DNA from: Giardia intestinalis | Lineage: Eukaryota | Direction: 5' to 3' (one strand) | DNA: 64,000 bases | Assembly (NCBI GenBank): GCA_000002435.2 | Contig: CM018789.1 | The notes under the pieces: model-generated | The model's database searches: none | Told to the model about the DNA's origin: nothing | Seen by the model: only the letters and a program-made list of their open reading frames with translations | Part shown: in pieces, positions 18,983-29,632 of the stretch | Layout: the number at the start of each line of letters is the position of its first letter | Numbering within the stretch: position 1 is the first letter of the stretch | Program-made: the position numbers and the translations under genes

Positions 18983-19255
18983 ATGTCTCTCGAACTTCAG
19001 ATATCTAAGGTTAAACGGATTACCAAGCTTGCGGCGCCCTCCCATGTAATCAATAAGGACACTATCCGAGCCATTGCATTTGTTGCCCAGCGTGTCACGG
19101 CCCATGCCCTACAGTCGGCTATACAGGAATCGAAGCGGAACAAAAAGAAGATAACCGGATACGAGCATTTAGCTGATGCTGTGATACACGCCCCTGGGTT
19201 GGCCTTCCTTCGTGACACCGTTCCCCATCCCATTCAACTGAATAGGAATGGATAG
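18983..19255 (+). CDS. Histone-fold protein (NF-YC/Dr1/POLE4/CHRAC-like), 90 aa.
   Basis: AAPSHVINKDTIRAIAFVAQRVTAHALQSAIQESKRNKKKITGYEHLADAV fits the H2A-like histone-fold pattern of NF-YC/NC2 (rIKkIMK...A....Ef....l...A...rKTi...d). Confidence 0.5.
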   Translation: MSLELQISKVKRITKLAAPSHVINKDTIRAIAFVAQRVTAHALQSAIQESKRNKKKITGYEHLADAVIHAPGLAFLRDTVPHPIQLNRNG

Positions 19256-19387
19256 CTCATTCCGGGATGATCCTTAGTTTCTGTGATTTACATCCCACTT
19301 CTCTTCAGGGCGGTTTGTTATCAAGACCATTGACTATCGCAATCTTCTACAGAATCTGTGAACAGAGAGGTCAGGGAGATTTAAAAA

Positions 19388-19795
19388 ATGGAGTACTTTG
19401 ACCATGTAGGTATTTCCTATGACGGGGATAAAGTTAACGACGAGCCCCACGGCTTCGGTCAGATGACCATGCAGGATGGGTCAAGATACACGGGAAACTT
19501 CCTTAGCGGCCAATTTCACGGAGATGGCGAATTGGTCTTTGAGAGCGGAGGCGTAATGGGCAAGATTGTGGGGAGGTGGGACAATGGAGAACTGCAGGAA
19601 CACAAAATTTTCTTCGGAGATAACCTCCAATTTGAAAGTGACAATTGGAACTATTTGATCCCCAGCGATCGTCGATTTCACAACGAAATCACAGGCGCAG
19701 TCCCTGTTGCGGCCTCGCGAACAGAGCCGTCTCAGTTTCCAGACCTTCTCTCTATCGCAGAATACAAAAGGAACCAGTCTGCAGCAGCGCACTAG
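19388..19795 (+). CDS. MORN-repeat protein, 135 aa.
   Basis: Three consecutive MORN-like units (YDGDKVNDEPHGFGQMTMQDGSRYTGNFLSGQFHGDGELVFESGG...). ATG preceded by gatttaaaaa. Confidence 0.5.
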   Translation: MEYFDHVGISYDGDKVNDEPHGFGQMTMQDGSRYTGNFLSGQFHGDGELVFESGGVMGKIVGRWDNGELQEHKIFFGDNLQFESDNWNYLIPSDRRFHNEITGAVPVAASRTEPSQFPDLLSIAEYKRNQSAAAH

Positions 19796-19960
19796 CCCTC
19801 TGGCTTGTCAGATGAGTGAATCTCTGACCACGCTTCCCGTTTACTTTCTCATGTCTTTCCCTATCATCGCTTCTCCTTATCATCAACAAACTGCCATCTC
19901 TCAGAGAGTTCAAAGGGGATTCTGACTAAATAACCTGATAAGTGGGCGAGTTCGAGGCCC

Positions 19961-21115
19961 CTAGATGCCATCAAATAGATCAAAGTCTGAGTAAGTATCA
20001 ATGTAGCTGTTGGGGCCCGCACTGAACTGATCTGTGTAATACGATAGCTCCATCCTGACATTCTGTGTGCTGTAGTCACTTTCTCTATCAAATGTGTTGG
20101 AGTCGTCGTATGGCACGCTACTGCTAGAATCTCTAATGGGATAGCCAGTGAAGTTTCTAATGGGAAGCCTCTGGACAGCTGACGAAGTAACCGGTGAGGC
20201 GATTCGCTCAGGGCCGCTGAGCATTATCTCTGAAGTTGAATAAAACTGAACCAGTAAGCGTCGTCTTTCGACGAACTCTGGGACCAGCTCTGGGTAGCGT
20301 AGTGATGAAGATACAAGGAACTCATACTTGAGATCTGGTGCAGACAAGATTATGGTGTAGGGCATGAGCCCATACCTAGTGGGATAGGGAAGGCTATACT
20401 GGTCAGAGTTCGTTAGTCGTGGATCCGTATTTGCAAAGATTCTGTTCACGCCCCGGCTGATGTTTGAAACGCTTATAGCTCTGTGTTGTGTGTCATTGAA
20501 CATAGCCTCTTGTATTTTCACTGCTTCCTCCAATTCTGCGCATTGCTTCGTGAGCAAAGCAAGCCTCTCTTTTAGAGTAGCTACGCCAGGCTTTGTGGAC
20601 CTTGCCTTAGGGTAGCGTGGAAGTAACACGGGCTCGTTTGCGGTGTATACACGTGCTAATTCAGACGTGTGGCGACCAGTTTCCCTTATGGGTATGTCTG
20701 TTCGTTTGCCATATTGACTTAAGAATAACGCGTTACAACCGACAAATTCGGAATTTCTACTAGACGAACTGACAAAGCTAAAGGAGCCTAGACGGGGTCC
20801 AGTCCAAATAATGAAAAGCTTAGTGGTCTGGATAACTCCCATTGCCTCCAGCGGACCTGTCACGTCATACAGCCTCCTTTTGTTTGTAATGGTGAGTAGA
20901 TCATCTTTGGCTATGCATACATATCCCTCTCTTGTGCGAGCCGCACTAGTGGAGAGCTCACAGATCAACCTACGGGCAAGTTCGATTGACCTGGTTGTCG
21001 ATTGCTTTTCCTTTAGATCGGGGCAGCTAATGACAGAAGTTGAGCTAGTCGATGTGGCAGAGGTGGAGGGGGTCTGACGCTTCAGCGGAGGGGAGGACGC
21101 TTCGGAGGGAGTCAT
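19961..21115 (-). CDS. E2F/DP-family winged-helix transcription factor, 384 aa.
   Basis: KDDLLTITNKRRLYDVTGPLEAMGVIQTTKLFIIWTGP matches the E2F_TDP signature (kRRiYDi.NVLE.iGlI.K....i.W.G). A downstream helical segment LKERLALLTKQCAELEEAVKIQEAM resembles the dimerisation region. Confidence 0.55.
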   Translation of the reverse strand: MTPSEASSPPLKRQTPSTSATSTSSTSVISCPDLKEKQSTTRSIELARRLICELSTSAARTREGYVCIAKDDLLTITNKRRLYDVTGPLEAMGVIQTTKLFIIWTGPRLGSFSFVSSSSRNSEFVGCNALFLSQYGKRTDIPIRETGRHTSELARVYTANEPVLLPRYPKARSTKPGVATLKERLALLTKQCAELEEAVKIQEAMFNDTQHRAISVSNISRGVNRIFANTDPRLTNSDQYSLPYPTRYGLMPYTIILSAPDLKYEFLVSSSLRYPELVPEFVERRRLLVQFYSTSEIMLSGPERIASPVTSSAVQRLPIRNFTGYPIRDSSSSVPYDDSNTFDRESDYSTQNVRMELSYYTDQFSAGPNSYIDTYSDFDLFDGI

Positions 21116-21158
21116 AGAATATACCTATAAAACTTGTATTTTTAAGAAATATCCGGGT

Positions 21159-21500
21159 ATGGAACCTCAACAGACCCCGTGCAGATCTCTTGTTCTTCTA
21201 CCATTTACCCTAGAGACCGAACAAGCAGAGATACCCTTTGATATGGAACGGATTGTTCCTGAAGAATTAAAAGCCCCAGAGGCGATTGCGCGAAATGTTA
21301 ACACTCCGCCAAAGCTTATTTTTCGCGGCCATGAGATGCAGGGATCGCCGTTGGAGCTTCCAACCGACTACGTTATTACTTTTCATAAGGACTCGGGTGC
21401 AGTCACTACCCATGACAGATGTACGATGTTCTTAGAGCCTGGCGACCAACCGCAGCCATCCCCCCGCTCTATTATGGGTTTGTATCAGATGATGCTTTAA
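21159..21500 (+). CDS. Hypothetical small protein, 113 aa, divergent from the E2F-like gene with a 43-bp A/T-rich spacer.
   Basis: ATG preceded by acctataaaacttgtatttttaagaaat. No family recognised. Confidence 0.3.
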   Translation: MEPQQTPCRSLVLLPFTLETEQAEIPFDMERIVPEELKAPEAIARNVNTPPKLIFRGHEMQGSPLELPTDYVITFHKDSGAVTTHDRCTMFLEPGDQPQPSPRSIMGLYQMML

Positions 21501-21650
21501 TGAAGTAAATACAAAGCAGTCTTCAACTCATTGATCTGTGACAAAGGCGTCGAGTAACACACCACTTATGTATTATGAGGATAAAGCTTCAATCCTACAT
21601 TCCAACGGCACAAGCGCTGAACGGAGCATTTAAATCCTTTAGAAAAAGCT

Positions 21651-24263
21651 ATGCCCGGTGATCCATCAAAAACGTATGTCCAGAGGTGGATTCAGGATGC
21701 ACTACCGCCTCTGCAGACTGAGAAGATAGCTATAGAAGTAGATAACCTGGGGTATATGGTGGGGACTAAGGGATCACGGATAGGACTAATTAGGCAGAAT
21801 ACTGGGGCGGCTATTCACTATATGGAAGATCCGCCTGGCTCTAAGCGCTTTTATGCAGTTATTAAGGGAACGACAAAGCAACTGGCCGACGCAAAGGCTG
21901 CGATTTACGCAGACGTCTTAGATTACCATCGGTGGGTTAAAAGGGGAAAGGGCAGTCTCTCCGATGCCCTGGGGAACCGCATGTACCCGTATTCTTTAGT
22001 TCTTCGCCTTCCCCCTGGAGGATCTCGATTCTACTCCGGTCCTGGATATCAGTCGTTCTTAGAGCTTTCGATCCGAAAGGACATATTTATCAATGTCAGC
22101 CAGCAAGACGAGTTGACTGTCCGAGCTGCAAGTACTGAAGCACTGATGGAAGCCGTACAAAAGGTCACAGATATTTTGAACACATTTGTTAGTCTTGCTG
22201 CTCCAATCCCCAATTGGACTGTAGGCCGAGTGATCGGACGCAACGGAGAGGCACTGGCCAAGGTATCAGATATTATTCAAATAAGGACAAATTCCCGGTT
22301 GATTTGCTTCATATCCAACACGCATAAGGCTGAAGGACTGGTATCTTATTTTGTGGTGTTGGCAGATAAGAGGGATGCTGTTACCCTAGCCATGCAGATG
22401 GTCTTTTCCAGGATCTCTTCGATTACTATAGAGGCAGGCCTGTTTGTTCCTGTTATGGAGACCGAGAACGTCATCATGCTCCCGATTGACTCCACATCTT
22501 TGTGTAGCTATGGCCTAAAGGCGCCTCTTGCGAAACTTCAAAGCTCTTCAGGCTCTCATAGCAGGAAATATTCATCTATATCGATGGATGGGTCCTTCTC
22601 GCTACCCCCGGAGATGCTGTCGTTACTACCCACAAGCAGCCCTCCTACCCATGCACGGCACTTTTCTACCGTAGAAGGAGATGTAGTGCCTTGCCACGCC
22701 GTGCAAACCACTACTGCCCACCGGCGTCTTAATAGCTCTATCCCATATAGTGTTAGCAATAGCACACAGTCTGATGGCCAACAGTCATTCCTATTCCAGC
22801 TTTCTTTCCCCAACTCCTCAGTAAGTAACACCACAGATCAGGCGCTCAAGTGCAATTTTTGCTGTGCAAAGAGAAGGTCCCTCTTGCCGTGTTCTGATTT
22901 TCTACGCACACCTTACACAGTTGAGAGCCTCCGCGAATCAACAGTGGCCGTTGATAGGAGGTATCTTGTCATGCATGTTCCAGAGCACTGTGACAATATG
23001 CAGGAGTTTTGGCAATCGTCTCTTCTTGCAGCCCTGGCAACGGTTGGGCGCGAATTTTTCTTTATCGAGGACCCTACCACTGCAGTAGACTTTGTCAAGT
23101 CGGCATTTGACTTCACAGTATCCTGTTCTCCAGGACGATGCTACTACGCTTCTCGAACGGACGAGTTATTCGATACTATATATGATATCTCCGAGGGGCT
23201 CTCCTCACGCAGAGTGCGGCTCTGCTTCGACAGTGGCATGGATGACTGTGACTACACCAAGTTGTTTGCATCTTCAAAAACCCACTATGCGTGGTATACA
23301 AAGCAGCTTATGGATGTAAGTATCTCTGACGCATTGCCCAATGGCCTTGCGCAGCACCTATCAGCCATTAGCGGCGTTGGTGGAATGGACAAACACTATA
23401 GCATGTGGCACTCTTTGAACTTTGACTGCTACGTGCAGCCTCCCGGCCGAAAGTCTGCTTTAGAGCATGACTTCTCCATGTCCCTTAGTGACGAAGACAT
23501 ACCGCAATTACAAGATGCTGCTGACGAGCCTGCGGTTAGCGTATCTGGCTTGGGGATATCATATATTTTGCAGTCTAAAACGGGTTATGATATCTTGGTG
23601 AAGATAACCCTTGTTCCTAAGAGCCTTACTCCCTTGGTATCTGCAACCGATGAGACAGATGTGGATGCACTGTGTAGAGGGGACGCACGCTTGATACTCC
23701 TTAGAAAGTATATCAAGAATCTAAAGACTATATCCAGTAATACTGCGTACACAAGTCCTATTACGACCACCAAATGTTACGAAGTGCAATCCGAACCATC
23801 CCAATTCGGAGAGGCTCTTCCCGTCAAAACACATGTCATAACACTCAACTTACCAGACGTCCCACTTGACGTGGCGACACACATAGATCCCACGCCTCTG
23901 TCACTTGAGGATCTGGCCACGGGGGTGGGGTACTCTACAGCGAAGGGCCTCCTCCCACCCAGCCAAGATTCCAAGTTTCCTATGCCGTCCACCGTTCTTA
24001 TCCAGGACCATCCCAATGCTACCCTGAACCGGGTGGTCTTCGCTGGGCTTGGTGACATAGTTGCAACTTCTTCCTACCTCCAAGAGTTACCCCATGTGGC
24101 CAAGCCTAAATTAGTCGTCGACTTCCGACCCTTTGCTGGGTATCGGTGGAGGAGGAAGGGCCTTATTAACAAGGTGGTTAGCTTCACTGGACTGGTATCT
24201 ATTCTTCCGAGCATTGTAAGCAGAGTCAAGGAGGTCTTAAAGACGTTACCAGATCAGGAGTAA
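21651..24263 (+). CDS. KH-domain RNA-binding protein, 870 aa.
   Basis: Two KH-like GXXG cores: IAIEVDNLGYMVGTKGSRIGLIRQNTGAAI and VGRVIGRNGEALAKVSDI. The rest is unassigned. Confidence 0.5.
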   Translation: MPGDPSKTYVQRWIQDALPPLQTEKIAIEVDNLGYMVGTKGSRIGLIRQNTGAAIHYMEDPPGSKRFYAVIKGTTKQLADAKAAIYADVLDYHRWVKRGKGSLSDALGNRMYPYSLVLRLPPGGSRFYSGPGYQSFLELSIRKDIFINVSQQDELTVRAASTEALMEAVQKVTDILNTFVSLAAPIPNWTVGRVIGRNGEALAKVSDIIQIRTNSRLICFISNTHKAEGLVSYFVVLADKRDAVTLAMQMVFSRISSITIEAGLFVPVMETENVIMLPIDSTSLCSYGLKAPLAKLQSSSGSHSRKYSSISMDGSFSLPPEMLSLLPTSSPPTHARHFSTVEGDVVPCHAVQTTTAHRRLNSSIPYSVSNSTQSDGQQSFLFQLSFPNSSVSNTTDQALKCNFCCAKRRSLLPCSDFLRTPYTVESLRESTVAVDRRYLVMHVPEHCDNMQEFWQSSLLAALATVGREFFFIEDPTTAVDFVKSAFDFTVSCSPGRCYYASRTDELFDTIYDISEGLSSRRVRLCFDSGMDDCDYTKLFASSKTHYAWYTKQLMDVSISDALPNGLAQHLSAISGVGGMDKHYSMWHSLNFDCYVQPPGRKSALEHDFSMSLSDEDIPQLQDAADEPAVSVSGLGISYILQSKTGYDILVKITLVPKSLTPLVSATDETDVDALCRGDARLILLRKYIKNLKTISSNTAYTSPITTTKCYEVQSEPSQFGEALPVKTHVITLNLPDVPLDVATHIDPTPLSLEDLATGVGYSTAKGLLPPSQDSKFPMPSTVLIQDHPNATLNRVVFAGLGDIVATSSYLQELPHVAKPKLVVDFRPFAGYRWRRKGLINKVVSFTGLVSILPSIVSRVKEVLKTLPDQE

Positions 24264-24306
24264 AAGATCAGAAGTGAATAAAAATTAAAACTGCCTGAGC
24301 TGTGCG

Positions 24307-27300
24307 ATGACCACGTTTGTGAGTACCTTTCTTCCGGTGGGGGATCGTTTGAGCGACCCGGATTACGCTGATAACGCAGTCCAGACAGTACTGTATTTCC
24401 CCAAGCTGGCAATTTTTGCTGAGACAACAACGATCTATTCTACCTCATACAAGCCCAACGATTCCCATGGGCCCATTGGACTTACGTACCTGAATGAAAG
24501 TGTTAATAACGGCATCATCTTATCCGTTTCAAAGCGGAGCGCGTCCTCATTTCTCTGCCTATCTGCTATTGTAAAGGATAGTGACCCTGACAGTCTCTCT
24601 GCTCTCAAATTCCTCCAGCATAGGATCAGTGTGAGGCGTGATGTTGGTAATCCAGACGTCTCAGCAGATTTACACACTCTGGAATATCTTCTAATCCATA
24701 ACAAGATGTACACCACCTACACGGTGTACAGTGTGACTGATGCTCAGTGCGAATTAAAGTACGTTGCCCCCACGTCAGTACCCTTGATTGGAGCCATCGC
24801 TGTGGAGGGGACGCCATTTATTGCTGCCACTGGTGTTTCAAAAGACGGCTATAACTTTACATTTGATTGTCTTCTTGATGAGGATAATGGGGGGAAGCTT
24901 ATCCCTGTGCGCACCGTTAAACAGAAAACAGGAGACGTCACATCCTTCGTTGACACAGCCCTTTACCCCGCCATCAATATGATATCTGACCGCCCCTCTA
25001 CCGCATGTACTACTCCTGCAACGACAGTCAAAGACTTTGTCCATCAGGTTAGCTCTCGTAACACGCGCGCTGCATCTGATGTTCTGTATAAATTTTCTGC
25101 TGTCCACCTAGATTCTAGTACAAAAACTGTGTACTACAGAGAGTACGATTTGAAATCGACTAACTTACGAGTCATACATGCCCCAGGTACAAAGAAGTCG
25201 GATAAGCACAAGGCAGCAGACTCAGTTGATTATAGTGCGACCATAGAAAGCTTCAAGCCAACTGTCCATTATACCAGGACGCTCATTGTTAACTCTGCGG
25301 TGCCCATTGTTCGTATTGCAGCGCTAGTTATGCCGTATACGCAGAACTCGCTTCTCAATGACAAGTACGCCGTTATCACAGACTGCGGTGACCTTCAACT
25401 TTATTCCAGGAGAGAGCAGGCAGACGGTCCTTCTGCTAGCATCAAAGTGTTTTCTAAAAAGCTAAGACGAGCGTTCCTTGTGCCTCTCAGAGATGGAGTT
25501 ATCATGCTCACCTCTTCTACCGGGGAGTCTGCTTTAGTTGGCATAGATGGCAAGTGGAACTCCGACAAAAATATTGAAGAAATGCGGGGCCATCTCTGCA
25601 AAATCTTTATTGATGAGTTCTTAGCAACTAATCCTAATTACGACCAACAGAATTTGAGACACGAGCTGTCGAAGGACCTTCTCCCGCCTATTGACTCCTT
25701 TTCCAAGTCAGTTCAGGTGAAGAAGCACATAGATAAGCTAGCAATAATAACCACCTTCTCGTACAATTCGACTGTCACCTGTGCCTCCACGGCTCCTGAT
25801 CATAAGCTTGTTTGTTTGGGCTTGACATCCCGAAAGTTCATCTTTGTGCCCACAGAGCCGATCAAGAACAGGGCTCTTTTGTCAAGCTATAGAGGTAAGC
25901 TGAGCCGCGAAACTGCTAATAATCTGCAGGGACAGTACACAAAGTATGATGTAGAGGCTGCAGTGAAGGATACTGTCGCGTACTTGGCCAACCGGGGCCT
26001 TAATGGTCAGCAGCTCATGGAGCGTGTTAGCTTTTTCTTCGCATTTTCAAAGGACGTGGGGCACTCAGACTTTTTGCCTGTGCAAGAAAGTGTTCTAGAT
26101 GTTGCAAATCATAACCACGATGCTCCATCAGATACGATTGAAATGCTCTCCATTCTGGCATCTGTCACTAAGGACGAGGTTCTGGGGAAGTCTAGCTTGG
26201 CGGCCTATGACCCTGATCTCGGGAAATCCATGATAAACGACCTCAGGGAGGTGATGCGCAGTACGTTAAGGACGGTCGCCGTCCCCGGTGTCGGATCCAC
26301 GGCGATCCCAGGAGAAGGAGCCCTTCAGGCTTCCGATCATCATCTTCTTGCAGATCAGCTTTCGGACCATACTGGAACACGCTCTAAACGAGTTGAGTTC
26401 CTGGAGCCAACGCTGCGTGGAGCAAAGCTGTCGACTGCAATTAATTTCACTCTTGCGGATCTGAGTGCCATAGAGACAAGAGGATTAACTGAAGCTAACG
26501 GCTCCCACGTTGCTGCACCGATACACTCTGCCAGCGGACTTTATCAGACAGATCGAAATGTGGTGCAAGAACCCCCAGATCACGCTCATCTAGACTCATT
26601 AATAGAGGAGAATTTTAAGAATCATCTTGTTGATGCAACTCGTAACCTTTTAGAGTCGGGCTTCGACTGTCAGAGACTTTTTAACGCCGTCGAGGAAGAC
26701 GTGAAAACTGCCATACTTAGTATGATGAATGTTTCTGACCTGAATGAGGACTCCAGAACTGCGCGACTGGCAGATCTTCCATTGGTGCCTCATCACGCTG
26801 ATGAGCGTGTCACGTCAGGCAGAGACGCAATGTTAGATGAATATCCGGCTGAGCCAGGGGTTAACGTTCCCGTGTCTCTCTTGTCTGCGGCTTGGCTTGG
26901 AGCAATTAGTAATAGTCTAGCTGTTAGGGATACTACGAGACATCCTGTACAGCTTCCTGTGCTTAGCAACCTAGGCGGCGCCAAGTTGTTGCTAACTCAT
27001 TACAAGGAGATCCAGGAAAAGAAATATACTTTAGTACGGAATAAGTTTACTTTGGCGCTAGAGCTACTATTAGCTGATGATCCTCTTTTTTTGGCAGCCT
27101 CCTGCTCCGCCAGGGGGTTGTCTAGCATGAAGAATTCATATTATTTGACAGACTATATTCGCCGGGAGCATGAAGAGATCTCACAGTGCCCATACTGCTC
27201 CGTTTTTTCCATTCGATGCAATCTTTTCCAGCTCTCTTCGCGTGGAGAGACTGTGTGCAGCACAACTGAGCGCTTGCTGTGCGAGATCTTAGATAGCTCA

Positions 27301-28593
27301 CACGAGATAAGGCAGGACTATGCTGTCCGTATTATTGCAGGAATGGAGGCCTTCTTGACAAGAGTATATCAAGAAGATCTTAATACGGCAATGACTGCCC
27401 CCGGGGAGGAACCGCTGGCATCCTTGCAGTATACACAGTTTCCTCAGCGTCTCATTACATTTGTCCCCGATGGAGGGCTGGTGAATAATTTGACTTTCAT
27501 GCAAGACATTGCAGGACCCAGTGGAGCTCCTCAAAAGGTCAGATATGAGCTTATTGGAACCATATCACAGGACTGCTTGGCTGTTTACAAGCTAGATACT
27601 GTCGGTAGATGGTGTATGCTCGAAGGCAGTGATTCTACCGGGCTCACCATCAGTATCAGGCCCAATGACGTAGCAGATAATAGTTTTTATGCCGTATACA
27701 AGCAAGTCAGTGGCTCAGAAGGTGCAGTAGGAGTGCCCCTGGATTCGTTGCACAACATCATGACACTGGCATACGGTACCGACGATACTCTGCGGCCGTC
27801 TGCAGAGATACCGGATTCTGATCTCAATCCGCTCAGCGATTCGTCCTTGAAGAAAGAAATATCTCTTTTAAAATCTCAGTTGGAGTACCGAACAAGGCGT
27901 GAAGAGAGAGCGACAGAAAAGGCACAAGCATTAAGCGCAGAGAACCATGAACTGAAGAAGAAGATTGAGTCACTGAAAGTTGATTTGAAATTCGAAGAAA
28001 TGCTTACAAAAAGCGAACTTCTTCGTCAGCAGAGTGCAGCGGAAAATGCAGAGCAGGACCGCAGGCTAGATGAGCTCTTGCGTCTTCAAACAGAATTGCG
28101 GCAACGTGAAAGCGAGGAGAAGATCTTGATATTAGAGCTCGAGGAGGCTCGCAGGAGAATCGCAGACTTGGTGCATACCCGCGAGACAGCCGACATAGAT
28201 GAATACGATGTAATACTGAAGCATTGCTACACTACCTTGGGTGGAGATGAGGCAGACGTACCTGAAAAGCGCAAGGAGCTCCTGCTGATGTTACAGAAGC
28301 AGTGCATTGCAGTGTCGACAGAGTATGACTTGAATAACCCCTATCGCAAAGGAAGCATGCGGCTATCATATGGTCCAGCAAGGGCCTCACAAATGCGCAT
28401 GTCAAGAAGCAGGGCCGATGCCCGATCCATAGCTCAGAGCTTGGAAGCGTTCCATGTTTCAGACCTTCAAGACAATGAGTTGGGGAACAGAAAGGTAATA
28501 GCGACTACGCTTCTTCCTGTCATTTGTTTCTTTATTGGAATAGCGATCATTGTTATTTTTGCGATGGCATTCAACAGGAACGACGTCGTATGA
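24307..28593 (+). CDS. Large tail-anchored coiled-coil protein, 1428 aa, function unknown.
   Basis: Long uninterrupted ATG-initiated ORF. The C-terminal ~250 aa are heptad-rich (LKSQLEYRTRREERATEKAQALSAENHELKKKIESLKVDLK...), followed by a terminal TM segment LLPVICFFIGIAIIVIFAMAF. Confidence 0.5.
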   Translation: MTTFVSTFLPVGDRLSDPDYADNAVQTVLYFPKLAIFAETTTIYSTSYKPNDSHGPIGLTYLNESVNNGIILSVSKRSASSFLCLSAIVKDSDPDSLSALKFLQHRISVRRDVGNPDVSADLHTLEYLLIHNKMYTTYTVYSVTDAQCELKYVAPTSVPLIGAIAVEGTPFIAATGVSKDGYNFTFDCLLDEDNGGKLIPVRTVKQKTGDVTSFVDTALYPAINMISDRPSTACTTPATTVKDFVHQVSSRNTRAASDVLYKFSAVHLDSSTKTVYYREYDLKSTNLRVIHAPGTKKSDKHKAADSVDYSATIESFKPTVHYTRTLIVNSAVPIVRIAALVMPYTQNSLLNDKYAVITDCGDLQLYSRREQADGPSASIKVFSKKLRRAFLVPLRDGVIMLTSSTGESALVGIDGKWNSDKNIEEMRGHLCKIFIDEFLATNPNYDQQNLRHELSKDLLPPIDSFSKSVQVKKHIDKLAIITTFSYNSTVTCASTAPDHKLVCLGLTSRKFIFVPTEPIKNRALLSSYRGKLSRETANNLQGQYTKYDVEAAVKDTVAYLANRGLNGQQLMERVSFFFAFSKDVGHSDFLPVQESVLDVANHNHDAPSDTIEMLSILASVTKDEVLGKSSLAAYDPDLGKSMINDLREVMRSTLRTVAVPGVGSTAIPGEGALQASDHHLLADQLSDHTGTRSKRVEFLEPTLRGAKLSTAINFTLADLSAIETRGLTEANGSHVAAPIHSASGLYQTDRNVVQEPPDHAHLDSLIEENFKNHLVDATRNLLESGFDCQRLFNAVEEDVKTAILSMMNVSDLNEDSRTARLADLPLVPHHADERVTSGRDAMLDEYPAEPGVNVPVSLLSAAWLGAISNSLAVRDTTRHPVQLPVLSNLGGAKLLLTHYKEIQEKKYTLVRNKFTLALELLLADDPLFLAASCSARGLSSMKNSYYLTDYIRREHEEISQCPYCSVFSIRCNLFQLSSRGETVCSTTERLLCEILDSSHEIRQDYAVRIIAGMEAFLTRVYQEDLNTAMTAPGEEPLASLQYTQFPQRLITFVPDGGLVNNLTFMQDIAGPSGAPQKVRYELIGTISQDCLAVYKLDTVGRWCMLEGSDSTGLTISIRPNDVADNSFYAVYKQVSGSEGAVGVPLDSLHNIMTLAYGTDDTLRPSAEIPDSDLNPLSDSSLKKEISLLKSQLEYRTRREERATEKAQALSAENHELKKKIESLKVDLKFEEMLTKSELLRQQSAAENAEQDRRLDELLRLQTELRQRESEEKILILELEEARRRIADLVHTRETADIDEYDVILKHCYTTLGGDEADVPEKRKELLLMLQKQCIAVSTEYDLNNPYRKGSMRLSYGPARASQMRMSRSRADARSIAQSLEAFHVSDLQDNELGNRKVIATTLLPVICFFIGIAIIVIFAMAFNRNDVV

Positions 28594-28616
28594 CAAAAAG
28601 CGGGTTCATCCACAAC

Positions 28617-29249
28617 TCAATCAGTGTCCTCTCCGTTACATATGCCCGGATGCTGAAATTGTGGAGCCTTTATTTGGCGATCCATGCGGTGGAGTGCGAC
28701 AGCCAAAGGATAGATCCTTGCGAATGTTAGTTTTGATCCATGAACTATCCCAATCATGTGTGGGCATAGGGGGTCTGGAAGCCGCTGCAGGGTCTGAGAT
28801 ATATTATGTAATGTATTAGGGGTCAGATCTGCTCTGGGGATGAACAAGAGGAAGTCTGGTGGCCCCGTTTGCAGTGTCTTTCGTGTCACTGGGCGGTTGA
28901 ATGCCTGGAATATATGCCAGACGGCATAGCAGTATCGTTGTAACATTGGTGGAGGGCTGTGGAATGTAACAAAGTGACCCTTAGCGCGCAGATTGGCATA
29001 CCCACGCATAACGGCCGTCATCGCTGGTCCATATTCGAAGTTGATCCGCTCCATAGCAATAGCCAAGACGCGAAACATCTCGTCAGAGAGAAGAAGCTTT
29101 CCCTGTGAGTGTAAATGCATAACTTCGATAGCGGTAAGAAACTGCTTCTGATCAGTGATCCACCCCATGCGATCGGACACCCTGCCGCGGGCTTCTATTA
29201 ACCGAAAGGAATAGGGAATAGTATCTGCTGGGAGCGCAGCGACTCGCAT
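28617..29249 (-). CDS. Hypothetical protein, ~210 aa. The track start at 29399 is a GTG; the first ATG is at 29249.
   Basis: ATG preceded by attttaaaatcatctcc on the coding strand. No confident family. Confidence 0.35.
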   Translation of the reverse strand: MRVAALPADTIPYSFRLIEARGRVSDRMGWITDQKQFLTAIEVMHLHSQGKLLLSDEMFRVLAIAMERINFEYGPAMTAVMRGYANLRAKGHFVTFHSPPPMLQRYCYAVWHIFQAFNRPVTRKTLQTGPPDFLLFIPRADLTPNTLHNISQTLQRLPDPLCPHMIGIVHGSKLTFARIYPLAVALHRMDRQIKAPQFQHPGICNGEDTD

Positions 29250-29632
29250 GGAGATGATTTTAAAATGGCCCAACAGGAAGGAAACGATCAGAGCTTTATC
29301 AGGACTAAGAAAGCGCAGGTGGGAGGGATACACTGCCCCATGTTCTTCTTTCCTACTTATAGCATGCCTTCCGAGCCGCCGGGACCTGTTTTGATACACC
29401 CAGAGAGAATACTAAGAAATATTGTGTCAATAAATGAAGCCCAATGCGCATCTCTTGTCCGCTTTCCAGTGCGGCTTCCTTCTTCACTCGCAACTGACTT
29501 GAAGGCACTTTCAGGAGGGTTTGGAGCCGGCACTGGCCAGCAGATCCTAAAGAACTTAAACCAAGAAGAGACCACTCTTTTGTTTACGCTAATGGACAAG
29601 CTAGCGAAAAAGTAGGACAACGGGCACACCCT

